NCBI GenBank assembly: GCA_965552135.1
Contig: CBEVQY010000001.1
Location: 105,559-169,558, forward strand
Direction: 5' to 3'
From: an uncultured bacterium
GTDB taxonomy: Bacteria; UBP14; UBA6098; B30-G16
Length of the DNA stretch: 64,000 bases
The stretch's first letter is position 1. The number at the start of each line of letters is the position of its first letter. The notes below the pieces were generated by a model. The model did not search any database and had not been told where the DNA came from. It was given only the letters and a program-made list of their open reading frames with translations. Shown in pieces: positions 8,673 to 17,695 of the stretch. The translations under genes were made by a program, and so were the position numbers.

Positions 8673-9701
8673 ATGAGGCGTTTTTTAAGCGTTGCGGTGC
8701 TTTTGCTTCCGCTTATCGCCTTCTGGGGTTGCGCAAGCGAAGAGGGCGGAGGCGGAGGAGGCGGTGGTGAACCCACCGCCGCAGGACCACACAGGATCGA
8801 TGCCTGCGTCATCCTCCTTCCCGACTCCGCGCAGGCGCTCGCGTTCGGCGGATGCTACGAAGAGATCTCCGAATCCTACTGGGAGGTGCCGTCGGAGTAT
8901 TCCTTCACCGTAAACGGTGTCGAGCTTGCCGACCCCTGCGAGATGCACTGGACGAGCTGGCTGCTTGAGGGCAGGCTGTCGCTCGCGCCTGGGGATATGG
9001 TCGTCTTCACCGCCGAAGCCGATGGACACACATACACCGACTCAACAACGGTCCCCGACTGCGATGTGACCGCAATGTTCTTCTGCGATCTGCCCGACCC
9101 CGAGCCGATAGGCGATACACTCGTCTCCAACGACATAACGGTGAACTGGAACGTAGAGGGCGATCTTCCAAACGGGATTTATATAACCTGCTTTTCGCCC
9201 GAAAGCCCGATGCAGGGCATAATGGAGAGCGGCGCCTACCTCGACCTCGAGGACGCAAGCGGCAGCGAGTTCTTCGACTGGGACGGAAGCGGTCCTCACA
9301 CAATAAGGCTTTGCGCAACGAACTACACGAAGTTCAACGACGACCTCGACGAATCGTACTGGAGCGAAGACTTCAACGCCCTTGTGGTTCAGCGCTGTTT
9401 CGACTTCCACGTCTTCCTCGGCGTGCGCGTTTGGGTCGAGGGCGATACGATCTTCTGGTCGCCCCAGTACGCTATGAAGGAGCTCGAGGTCTCCGACGGT
9501 TCGACGACCCTTTGGCGCATAACATCTGAGGGGGGCTTTGAGTCGCCTGTGGTTTACGGCGTCGTTCCCGAGGGCGCTGTGCAGGAGGTGCCGTCGTCGG
9601 GCGATCCGCAGCCGCTTGCCGAGGGAACGCAGTACACCGTCACCGTCGAGGACCGCGCCAACGACGTCGAGGGCGAAGTCGAGTTCGAGTACGGCGGCTA
9701 A
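8673..9701 (+). CDS. Acidic lipoprotein of unknown function
   Basis: Lipobox FWGC after a hydrophobic stretch, poly-Gly linker, acidic beta-rich body; host-like codon usage. Confidence 0.75.
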   Translation: MRRFLSVAVLLLPLIAFWGCASEEGGGGGGGGEPTAAGPHRIDACVILLPDSAQALAFGGCYEEISESYWEVPSEYSFTVNGVELADPCEMHWTSWLLEGRLSLAPGDMVVFTAEADGHTYTDSTTVPDCDVTAMFFCDLPDPEPIGDTLVSNDITVNWNVEGDLPNGIYITCFSPESPMQGIMESGAYLDLEDASGSEFFDWDGSGPHTIRLCATNYTKFNDDLDESYWSEDFNALVVQRCFDFHVFLGVRVWVEGDTIFWSPQYAMKELEVSDGSTTLWRITSEGGFESPVVYGVVPEGAVQEVPSSGDPQPLAEGTQYTVTVEDRANDVEGEVEFEYGG

Positions 9702-9840
9702 CGCAGCCGAGTCGGCGCCACCCGCACAAAGCCGCAGCCCAGATGAGGCGGTCCGAGCCCGGACAGGGTGGTCCGAGCCTGCAGGTCAAGGCGGGCGAGC
9801 GCGCTGTGGGTGGAGGGCATAGGCTCGGCTGTGCCCAGGC

Positions 9841-11448
9841 TCAGCGGACTATGAGAAGCTTGCCCCTGGTCGACTCATCCCCCACGGCGGCGACGTATAT
9901 GTAGACCCCTGGCGCCACAGGCTTCCCCTCAAGGTTTCTGCAGTCCCAGGTGATCTTGCCGCTTTGGGGATAGCTGAACTCCCTTTTCGCCCGCCACACA
10001 AGCGCTCCGTCGGCGGCGAAGACCACAACCGACGCCTCCGCGGGCTGCGCTATCCGGAAGGGGAACGTTACGCTGCCTGTCGCGCATGGGTTGGGGTATG
10101 GGTCGTTGATCTCGTTTTGCGCGAATATCGGCACCAGGCACGATTCCGCGGAGCACTCGGTGACGTCGAACCAGAAGCGCGCCTGGGGTGTTGGCGAAAC
10201 CTCGGGCAGAACGGCGAAGTATATCGCCCTGTACTGCCATCGCCCCGGGATGTCGATGCTTTGCGCTGGGTCGGCTCTCCTCCACGGCGCCGCCTCGTCG
10301 CCGGGAAGCTCAACGGGAACGGCGATAAGCGCGCCCGAGACGCCGCTTTCGAAGACGACCTTCCCGCTTACGCCGCCCTCGACGAGCGCATAGTCGAGCC
10401 TGAAGAAGTTTGTGCCGAAGGGCGCCACGACGCCCTCCTGCGAGAAGGGTGGCTCCGCGTCCGAGGCTGCCGGGAGCGGGTAGTTCGCCCCCTCGGCGAA
10501 GAACCCCTCGCGCCAAAACTCCCCAACGCGAACGCGCCAGGCGACAAACTCCTCGTAAGCCTCCGTTAGGCTCGAACCGCGCTCCTCAAGCTCGTCGGAA
10601 ATGGCGTAAAGCGGCAGCTCATCCTCGCAGCGCTCCCAAATGCTTTTTATAAGCTCCCCCGACAGCCGCGAACCCTCGCAAAAGTGCTCCGCAAGGAAGA
10701 GGGGGAACATAACGCCGCCGTAGTACGCAACGTCGTCGTCGGCGTTGAATGGAACCCAGGGCTCGCTTTGAAACTCGGACACGTAGGAGTAGTAATCGTT
10801 CACTTCGTCGAAGCAGAGCTCCTCGCAGAAGACCGCAGTTTGCTCCATCCACCAGCGATACGCCGCGGCATCGTCGGGGGTGAAGGGGTAGAAGTATGCG
10901 AACTGGACGGTGTGGAAGAACTCGTGGGCGCAGGTTACGGCAAGCGCGGGGTATGGGTCGTCGGCATAGCCGGGGATGCGGGTCATGTCCGACTGGATCC
11001 TTACGTAAGCCGTTGCCTTGTTTTCCGTTGTGTCGACCACTCTGGGCTGCGTTTCGCCGTAGACACCCGTGCCCATCGCAACCAGATACACGTCCACCCT
11101 TGCGTCGCCGCCGGCAAGCGATGTGTCGGAGATGCCCGCCGTATCGGGAATAGGGGGGCGGAAGCCGAGTGAATCGACGACGATGCGCCAGGCGTGCTCG
11201 AGGTACTCTCCGGCAGCCTCCACGTAGTCGGGGACTCCGTCCTCGTCGGCGTCGCCGGGGTAGACGGCGTTGACGCCCGTGGTGTCGTACCAGACCTTGA
11301 AGTGCTTTGTGCCGTAGCTTGCCTGCATCGAGGGCGGCAGCCTGACCGCCTTGGTCGAGATGAAGTCCTCCAGAGCCTGCGGCGTCCCGCAGCGGATGCA
11401 AAAGGCTGTCGAAAAGCAAAGCAGGATTAATGTAAAGCTACCTCGCAC
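9841..11448 (-). CDS. Secreted putative zinc metalloprotease (MXAN_6640-like) with a C-terminal FlgD/T9SS-like sorting domain
   Basis: Signal peptide, RCGTP pro-motif, DADEDGVPDYVE, AHEFFHTVQF (HExxH), WWMEQTA; C-terminal PYPNP...WDCRNLEGKPVAPGVYIY...KLLIVR. Confidence 0.85.
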   Translation of the reverse strand: MRGSFTLILLCFSTAFCIRCGTPQALEDFISTKAVRLPPSMQASYGTKHFKVWYDTTGVNAVYPGDADEDGVPDYVEAAGEYLEHAWRIVVDSLGFRPPIPDTAGISDTSLAGGDARVDVYLVAMGTGVYGETQPRVVDTTENKATAYVRIQSDMTRIPGYADDPYPALAVTCAHEFFHTVQFAYFYPFTPDDAAAYRWWMEQTAVFCEELCFDEVNDYYSYVSEFQSEPWVPFNADDDVAYYGGVMFPLFLAEHFCEGSRLSGELIKSIWERCEDELPLYAISDELEERGSSLTEAYEEFVAWRVRVGEFWREGFFAEGANYPLPAASDAEPPFSQEGVVAPFGTNFFRLDYALVEGGVSGKVVFESGVSGALIAVPVELPGDEAAPWRRADPAQSIDIPGRWQYRAIYFAVLPEVSPTPQARFWFDVTECSAESCLVPIFAQNEINDPYPNPCATGSVTFPFRIAQPAEASVVVFAADGALVWRAKREFSYPQSGKITWDCRNLEGKPVAPGVYIYVAAVGDESTRGKLLIVR

Positions 11449-13936
11449 TCTGCTCTATCCCCACCTTGTACACCGTTACGCGGTTTCGCCCCTGCGCCTT
11501 CGATACGTAGAGGGCTGTGTCGGCTCGGCGGATGAGCTCCTCCGCGTCGGGGACGTCGTCCTCGAGGACCGCAACGCCTATGCTCGCCGATATGTGTTCC
11601 GTTCTTGCTCCCGAGCCGTCCAGAAACGGCGTCGACGATATGTGTCGGCAGAGCCTTTCCGCAACGTCGAGCGCCTCCTCGGCGCCGGTGTCGGAGAGGA
11701 CGAGGACGAACTCGTCGCCGCCGTAGCGCGCAGCAAAATCGTCGGACCGAAGAAAGCCGCGGATTATCTCGGCTACCTCCATAAGGAGCCTGTCGCCGGC
11801 GGGGTGACCGTAGGTGTCGTTGTAGTCCTTGAACCTGTCGAGATCCATGGAGAGCAGGGCAAGCTTCTTTCCCTCCGCGCGGTGCCGCGCTATGTAGACG
11901 GGCAGTTGCTCGGTGAAGTACCTGTAGTTGCGAAGCTTTGTGAGCTCATCGGTTACGGCAAGCCTCTGAAGCTGGCGATTGCGCCTCGAAAGCTCCTCTG
12001 CCGTGCGCTTGAGCTGCTCCTCCAAAAGGCGAAACTCGGTCACGTCGTCGACTATGGTGAGTATCCTCCTCACCGATTCGCCCGGCTGGGCTATGGGGAT
12101 TATCTTGGTCTTTGTGAACTGGCGCCTCCCGTTGCGGCGGATGTAGGTCTCCTCGGTGTCGATGCTGCGCTTGGTGTGGATCACCTCGCGGTAGATCTCC
12201 TCCCTGCCCAGGTCCCTCAGAAACGGGGCGACGTCGAAGAGGTTTTTGCCAACGGCGTTGCCCGAAACGTCGTATATCCTGTAGAACTCGGGCGATGCCG
12301 AAAGGACGGTGAAGTTCGCGTCCACAAGGAAGATCGCCTTGTCGACCGTGTTTAGGATGTCTTTGTGGATTCTGTTTGTCGTCATAAGGTCGTTGAGGAT
12401 GTGCCTTATGTAGAGCGCCTGAGAGACGGCGACCCTGAAAGTCTCGACAAGCTCCGACTGCGGTCCAAGGTCGACGTCGCTTGGGAACATAAGGCAGCCG
12501 AAGAACATATCCTCGTACCTAAGCGGCAGGACGACCACGTGTGTGTATTCGAAAAGCGCCTTGAGTGTGTGGACCAGCACGACAAGCGATGGGTTTTCGC
12601 ACGTGAACCTGTCGATTGGTATCGTCATGTGTGCAGACACCCTGCGCACGTCCACGCCGTTGAACCTGACGCCCACAGCCAAACTGGGGAGGCTTACGTT
12701 TGCGAAGCTCAGTTCGTCCGAAAGCTTTGGGTTGTCCACAACATAGGCGTTCGGTTCGAGTGCGTTCTCGCTTGGGTTGTACTGCCATCCCACGACAAGC
12801 GGCAGCCCAAAGACCTTTGCCGCAGCCTCCGTTGACCTGCGCAAAATCGCATCCACCGAGTCGCAGCCTATAAGACCCTGCGCAAAGCGGTAGATGTAGT
12901 CGAGCTTCTCGCGGTGGGCGTTGATAAGCTTTAGGTATTCTACCTCCTGCTCTGCCCTCGCCTTCGCCGCTATCTGGCGCGCGGTGACAAAAACGCCCAG
13001 AAGGGCAACGACAAGGGCTACGATCAAAGCTATCAAAAGCTTTCGTTTGAGCGGGGCTATAGCTGAAAGAGCGGTTTGTGCGTCGAAGTCGGAGCCGATG
13101 ATCCAGCGCTCGAAGCCAACGGGGCTGCTGTACCAGCAGAGAATCCTTCTCCCGCCGGCGGCGCTTCGGTACGAGAGCCAACCGCTGCCTGGGGGAGGAA
13201 AGTTCTCGAGAAAGTGGATAAGGGACGTATCGGTCACGTCGCCGTAAATCTCGCCTATCTTTCTGCCGAAGGGGTACCTGGAGTGAACGAGCACAGTGCC
13301 GTTTTCGTCGGCAAGCCAAACCCCCTCGCCAAGCTTTTCGAAAAGCGGCGCGAAAAACCTCGCCACAAGGCTGTCGAACGAAACGAGCGTTGCGACTGAA
13401 CCGGTGAAGATCGAGTCGTCGACGAAGGTGGGGACGTGGACAATTATCGCGTCGAAGCCCTGCACGGTCCGTACCGGACCGCCTATGACCGGCTTGTGGG
13501 TGCGCAAAAGCCTTTTTATGTGCGGCTGGTCGGTTATGTCGGTGCCCTCGTAGGCGGAGTACGGGACGGTGACCCGCACAACCCCCGCTGAGTCGAGCCG
13601 CGTGACCGACGCAAGAAGGGATGAGCGGGAGTGGTATATCATCTCGAGTCTTCTGCGCGTCTCCTGCGGATCAAGCCTCTGCACCTCCGGGATGGTCGAA
13701 AGATACACCGCATCTCCCACAAGGCTTGAGATAAGCGTCCTCAGTCCGCTCATCGCCTCCTGCACGAGTGCGATCCTGTGGCGGGTGGCGTCCTGAAGCG
13801 CGATGCGCTCGGCGTCGGAGATTATTGCCCTGACGACGAGAAAAGCCAGAACGATAAGCGAGATGTAAAACACAACCGCCTCTATGACCACCGACCGCCT
13901 CAATTCCTTACCCCGTAGCGCTAAGTTTTTAAACAA
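11438..13936 (-). CDS. Membrane sensor diguanylate cyclase (Cache-GAF-PAS-GGDEF)
   Basis: Two TM helices flanking a Cache-like domain; DLDRFKDYNDTYGHPAGD, RSDD I-site and ARYGGDEF. Confidence 0.93.
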   Translation of the reverse strand: MFKNLALRGKELRRSVVIEAVVFYISLIVLAFLVVRAIISDAERIALQDATRHRIALVQEAMSGLRTLISSLVGDAVYLSTIPEVQRLDPQETRRRLEMIYHSRSSLLASVTRLDSAGVVRVTVPYSAYEGTDITDQPHIKRLLRTHKPVIGGPVRTVQGFDAIIVHVPTFVDDSIFTGSVATLVSFDSLVARFFAPLFEKLGEGVWLADENGTVLVHSRYPFGRKIGEIYGDVTDTSLIHFLENFPPPGSGWLSYRSAAGGRRILCWYSSPVGFERWIIGSDFDAQTALSAIAPLKRKLLIALIVALVVALLGVFVTARQIAAKARAEQEVEYLKLINAHREKLDYIYRFAQGLIGCDSVDAILRRSTEAAAKVFGLPLVVGWQYNPSENALEPNAYVVDNPKLSDELSFANVSLPSLAVGVRFNGVDVRRVSAHMTIPIDRFTCENPSLVVLVHTLKALFEYTHVVVLPLRYEDMFFGCLMFPSDVDLGPQSELVETFRVAVSQALYIRHILNDLMTTNRIHKDILNTVDKAIFLVDANFTVLSASPEFYRIYDVSGNAVGKNLFDVAPFLRDLGREEIYREVIHTKRSIDTEETYIRRNGRRQFTKTKIIPIAQPGESVRRILTIVDDVTEFRLLEEQLKRTAEELSRRNRQLQRLAVTDELTKLRNYRYFTEQLPVYIARHRAEGKKLALLSMDLDRFKDYNDTYGHPAGDRLLMEVAEIIRGFLRSDDFAARYGGDEFVLVLSDTGAEEALDVAERLCRHISSTPFLDGSGARTEHISASIGVAVLEDDVPDAEELIRRADTALYVSKAQGRNRVTVYKVGIEQSAR

Positions 13937-14038
13937 AAAATATTAGTCCCCAAAGTCTTTGCAAGCGAAGGTTGAGAAAAGAGGTTTGCGAAAAGGCGCC
14001 CTTGGGGATATTTTGTTTTGTCAGTCGGAGGTGGCGAG

Positions 14039-15595
14039 GTGAAGTATTTTGGTGTTGCGATGCTTGTGCTTCTTTTTATGTCTGGTTGTGCGAAAAGCAG
14101 CGAGGAGGTCGGTATGGAGGACATAAGGAAGCCTGCTGTGGCGGGTTCGTGGTATCCCGGCGATCCCGACTCGCTGCGGGCGATGATAGAGGCGTTCATC
14201 GAAAAAGCCGATGTGCCCAAAATCGACGGAAGGATTTTCTGTCTTATCGCTCCGCACGCTGGGTACATCTATTCGGGACCCGTTGCCGCATACGCCTTCA
14301 AGGCGCTCCTGCAGAGAAAGGACGAATACAAAGGCAACACCGTGATCCTTGTGGGCTTTTCCCACAGACCTCCGAGCTGGAGCGGCATATCGGTTTGGGC
14401 TAAGGGTTTTTGGGAAACGCCTTTGGGGCGCGTTAAGGTCGACGAGGAGCTCGCGCAAAGGATCATATCCCTTGCCCCCAACACGATCCAATACAGGCGC
14501 GAGGTCCACTACGGCGAGCATTCGCTTGAGATGGAGCTGCCTTTCCTGCAGTACGTCCTCGACAACGACCTCAAGATCGTCCCAATAGCCTTCTCGCACC
14601 AAACGCAGGCAGAGATCGAAACCCTGACCTCCGCGCTTCTTTCCGCGGACATCGATTGGGGTAGGACGTTTGTTGTGGTTTCGACCGATATGAGCCATTA
14701 CCTTCCGTACGACAGGGCGGTTTCTGTGGACAAGCGCACACTCGATTACGTTCTTTCGGGCGACATCGATGGGCTTTCGAGCTGGATTCCCTCGGCTGGT
14801 GCGTTTTGTGGCTGGGCGGGCGTTCTTGTGGCGATGCGGGTTGCGTCGAGCTTGGGCGCAACGAAGGCGATTCTCCTCAAGTACGCCAACTCGGGCGACA
14901 CGCAGCCTCAAACCGCCGCGCACGGCGTCGTCGGATACTGTGCCGTGGCATTTGTGATGGGCGACGGAAGGGGCACCTCCTCGGGCGAGGGCGGCGGAGG
15001 TTCCGCAGAAGCGCTGCCCGGCACACAGGAGTACTCCCTCACCCGCGACCAAAAGCTCTACCTCCTGCGCCTTGCGCGGACGACGATCGAGAAGTACGTT
15101 CACGACGGCGTCGTCTACGAGCCGCCGAAACCCGACGACCCCAAGCTTGTGGAGGATGCGCCGGTGTTCGTCACGCTGCACAGGAAGGGGATGCTTCGGG
15201 GCTGCATCGGTCAGATGGTGGCGCAGGAGCCCCTATACCTTGCCGTGCGCGACATGGCCATCGCCGCCGCAACTAAAGACTACAGGTTCCCGCCCGTGCA
15301 GCCAAACGAGATCGACGAGATAGACATCGAAATCTCCGTCCTCTCGCCCCTGCGAAGGATAAGCTCGTGGGAGGAGATAAAACCCTTCAAGCACGGTGTT
15401 TACGTCAAGCGCGGCTGGCAGAGCGGCGTCTTTCTGCCGCAGGTGTGGGGGCAGATTCCCGACAAAGAGGCTTTCCTCAGGGAGCTTTGCGTCCAGAAGG
15501 CGCATCTGGAGCCGGAGTGCTACAAGGACCCCAAAACGGAGCTTTACGTTTACACCGTTCTTGAGTTTAGCGAGAAGGAGCTTGGTCTTAAGTGA
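14039..15595 (+). CDS. AmmeMemoRadiSam system protein B (Memo-like) fused to protein A (AMMECR1), with an N-terminal lipoprotein-like signal
   Basis: RKPAVAGSWYP, IAPHAGYIYSG, EHSLEMELPFLQ and STDMSHY (Memo); VFVTL..LRGCIG, AAATKDYRF, IEISVLSP and GVFLPQVW (AMMECR1). Confidence 0.92.
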   Translation: MKYFGVAMLVLLFMSGCAKSSEEVGMEDIRKPAVAGSWYPGDPDSLRAMIEAFIEKADVPKIDGRIFCLIAPHAGYIYSGPVAAYAFKALLQRKDEYKGNTVILVGFSHRPPSWSGISVWAKGFWETPLGRVKVDEELAQRIISLAPNTIQYRREVHYGEHSLEMELPFLQYVLDNDLKIVPIAFSHQTQAEIETLTSALLSADIDWGRTFVVVSTDMSHYLPYDRAVSVDKRTLDYVLSGDIDGLSSWIPSAGAFCGWAGVLVAMRVASSLGATKAILLKYANSGDTQPQTAAHGVVGYCAVAFVMGDGRGTSSGEGGGGSAEALPGTQEYSLTRDQKLYLLRLARTTIEKYVHDGVVYEPPKPDDPKLVEDAPVFVTLHRKGMLRGCIGQMVAQEPLYLAVRDMAIAAATKDYRFPPVQPNEIDEIDIEISVLSPLRRISSWEEIKPFKHGVYVKRGWQSGVFLPQVWGQIPDKEAFLRELCVQKAHLEPECYKDPKTELYVYTVLEFSEKELGLK

Positions 15596-16059
15596 GGGCG
15601 ATGGCACCGACTTCGCGGAGGTTTTCGCCGCGCCACATGGCGAGGCGCGCTGCGCTGCAGGCGCTCTACGCGCATCAAATAAGCGGCGAGAGCGACCCGC
15701 AAAAGCTTGTCGCCGATGTCCTCAGGCACGCGAGGCTTCCGAAGTCGGCGCGCGAGTTCCTGCAAAGGCTTGTTAAAGCCGCCGTGGACCGCGAAAAACT
15801 CGCCGACTCCGTGATACAAAAGGTCGCGGAAAACTGGGACATAGATCGAATCTCCGTCGTCGACAGGAACATCCTGCGGCTCGGGATAGCCGAGTTCCTC
15901 GACTTCCCTGATATATCGTATCGCGTGACGATAGACGAGGCTGTGGAGCTTGCGAAGGAGTTTGGCAGCGCCGACAGCTCCAAGTTCGTCAACGGCGTCC
16001 TCGACGCCGCGCTGCGAAAGCTTAGGGAGATGGGGCTTGTTTCGAAGGAGGATGGGTGA
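15592..16059 (+). CDS. nusB: Transcription antitermination factor NusB
   Basis: ARRAALQALY, DRNILRL, IDEAVELAKEFG and KFVNGVLD; start may be 15601. Confidence 0.95.
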   Translation: MRAMAPTSRRFSPRHMARRAALQALYAHQISGESDPQKLVADVLRHARLPKSAREFLQRLVKAAVDREKLADSVIQKVAENWDIDRISVVDRNILRLGIAEFLDFPDISYRVTIDEAVELAKEFGSADSSKFVNGVLDAALRKLREMGLVSKEDG

Positions 16060-16796
16060 GGGTAGGTTTTATCTCCGACATCCACGGGAACTTCGAGGCG
16101 CTCGAGGTGGCGCTTTCGAGGCTTTCGCGCGAAGGGGTCGACAGGGTTGTTTGCGCCGGTGATCTCGTTGGCTACGGCGCCGACCCCATAAAGTGCGTCG
16201 AGGCTGTGCAAAAGACCGCGGATGTCGTCGTTGCAGGAAACCACGACTGGGCTGCCGTCGGAAAAACCGACATCACATACTTCAACATCTACGGCAGAAA
16301 GGCTATAGTCTGGACCTCGAACGTTCTGCCGCCCCATCAGAGGAAGTTCTTAGCCGACCTGGACCTCTCCTACGCCGATGAGTCCTGGTGCGTCGTCCAC
16401 TCGACCCCGCACAGACCCCAGGACTGGAACTACATACTGACCCCAGGCGACGCCCTGCGCCAGTTCGAGTTCTTCGAGAAACGAATTTGCTTTGTGGGGC
16501 ACTCCCACGTTCCCGCGGTCTTCAGCGAAAAGGGCGGGGCGTTTGGGATAAGCATCCCCTTCAACGAAGAGAGCCTTTTGCTGCAGCTTACCCCCGACGA
16601 CAGGTACATAATAAACGTCGGCAGCGTTGGTCAGCCCCGCGACGGAGACCCAAGAGGGTGCGTTGTGATCTTCGACGCCGATGAGCTTACGGTGAAGTTC
16701 ATAAGGTTCTTCTACCCGGTCGACAGAGCTCAGGAGAAGATCATCTCCGCGGGTCTGCCCTCTTTCCTCGCCGAAAGGCTCGGTCAGGGGATATGA
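16056..16796 (+). CDS. Metallophosphoesterase (calcineurin-like)
   Basis: SDIHGN, GDLVGYG, GNHD, GHSH and NVGSVGQPRDGDPR. Confidence 0.93.
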   Translation: MRVGFISDIHGNFEALEVALSRLSREGVDRVVCAGDLVGYGADPIKCVEAVQKTADVVVAGNHDWAAVGKTDITYFNIYGRKAIVWTSNVLPPHQRKFLADLDLSYADESWCVVHSTPHRPQDWNYILTPGDALRQFEFFEKRICFVGHSHVPAVFSEKGGAFGISIPFNEESLLLQLTPDDRYIINVGSVGQPRDGDPRGCVVIFDADELTVKFIRFFYPVDRAQEKIISAGLPSFLAERLGQGI

Positions 16797-17695
16797 CTTC
16801 GCGCAGACGTCCAAAGCTCAAGCACTGGCTGGAGTACATAGTTCTTCGTGCGCTTGTTTTTTTGCTTCGGCTTTTGCCGCACGAAGCAGCCGTCGCCCTG
16901 GGCGGAGCCATAGGAAGGGCGCTTTGGGCGCTTGGTGTGCGGCGGAAGGTGGCCAAGAGGAACTTTAAGCTCTGCTTCGGCGATAGGTACAGCGACCGTG
17001 AGGCGAACGAGATCCTCAAAAGGTCCTACGATTTCTTCTGCCGCTCCGTTGTGGAGTATGCGCTATTGCCGAAGCTTGGGGATCGCGTTTTGTCGCTCGT
17101 CAGCCTTGAGGGCAAAGAGCTTCTCGACGAGCTTGCGGGGCAGGGCAGGGGCGCGATTTTGGTCACAGGGCACTTCGGCAGCTGGGAGCTTTTCGGCGCT
17201 GCGCTGGCGAAGGCCGGGTATAAGATCGACTTCCTCGTCGGAACGCAGAAAAACCCCCTCGTCGACGAGCTTATGAACGCGGTGCGCAGGTCCGTGGGGA
17301 TAGGCATCATCCACATAGGCGTGGCTGCGCGCGGGGTTTTGAGGTCGCTTCGCGCAGGTCGCATGGTGGCTATGCTCTCCGACCAGGATGCCGGTGCCGA
17401 CGGCGTTGTCGTCAAGTTCTTCGGAAATCCCGCGTCGACGCCTCGGGGAGCTGCGGCCTTCGCCGCAAAAACCAGATGCCCCATCGTGGCGGGATACATC
17501 GTCCGAAACGCCGATGGGTTCACCCACAGGGGGATAGTCGAGAGACTTTTGCCTCCGAAGCTTTCGGGGAACGCTGAGGATGACATAAAGTCCCTCACCC
17601 AGTTTTTCACCGATGTTCTCGAGCGTGGCGTCCGCGCCCATCCCGACCATTACTTCTGGGCGCACAGGAGGTTCAAAAGCACGATAGGATACTGA
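16793..17695 (+). CDS. Lipid A biosynthesis acyltransferase (LpxL/HtrB family)
   Basis: TGHFGSWE, LSDQDAG and PDHYFWAHRRFK motifs. Confidence 0.9.
   Translation: MTSRRRPKLKHWLEYIVLRALVFLLRLLPHEAAVALGGAIGRALWALGVRRKVAKRNFKLCFGDRYSDREANEILKRSYDFFCRSVVEYALLPKLGDRVLSLVSLEGKELLDELAGQGRGAILVTGHFGSWELFGAALAKAGYKIDFLVGTQKNPLVDELMNAVRRSVGIGIIHIGVAARGVLRSLRAGRMVAMLSDQDAGADGVVVKFFGNPASTPRGAAAFAAKTRCPIVAGYIVRNADGFTHRGIVERLLPPKLSGNAEDDIKSLTQFFTDVLERGVRAHPDHYFWAHRRFKSTIGY

Noticed and set aside
9702..9833. Calling the long hairpin 6S RNA
   Set aside because: It is shorter than typical 6S, with no evident promoter or usual gene context; kept only as an unassigned structure.
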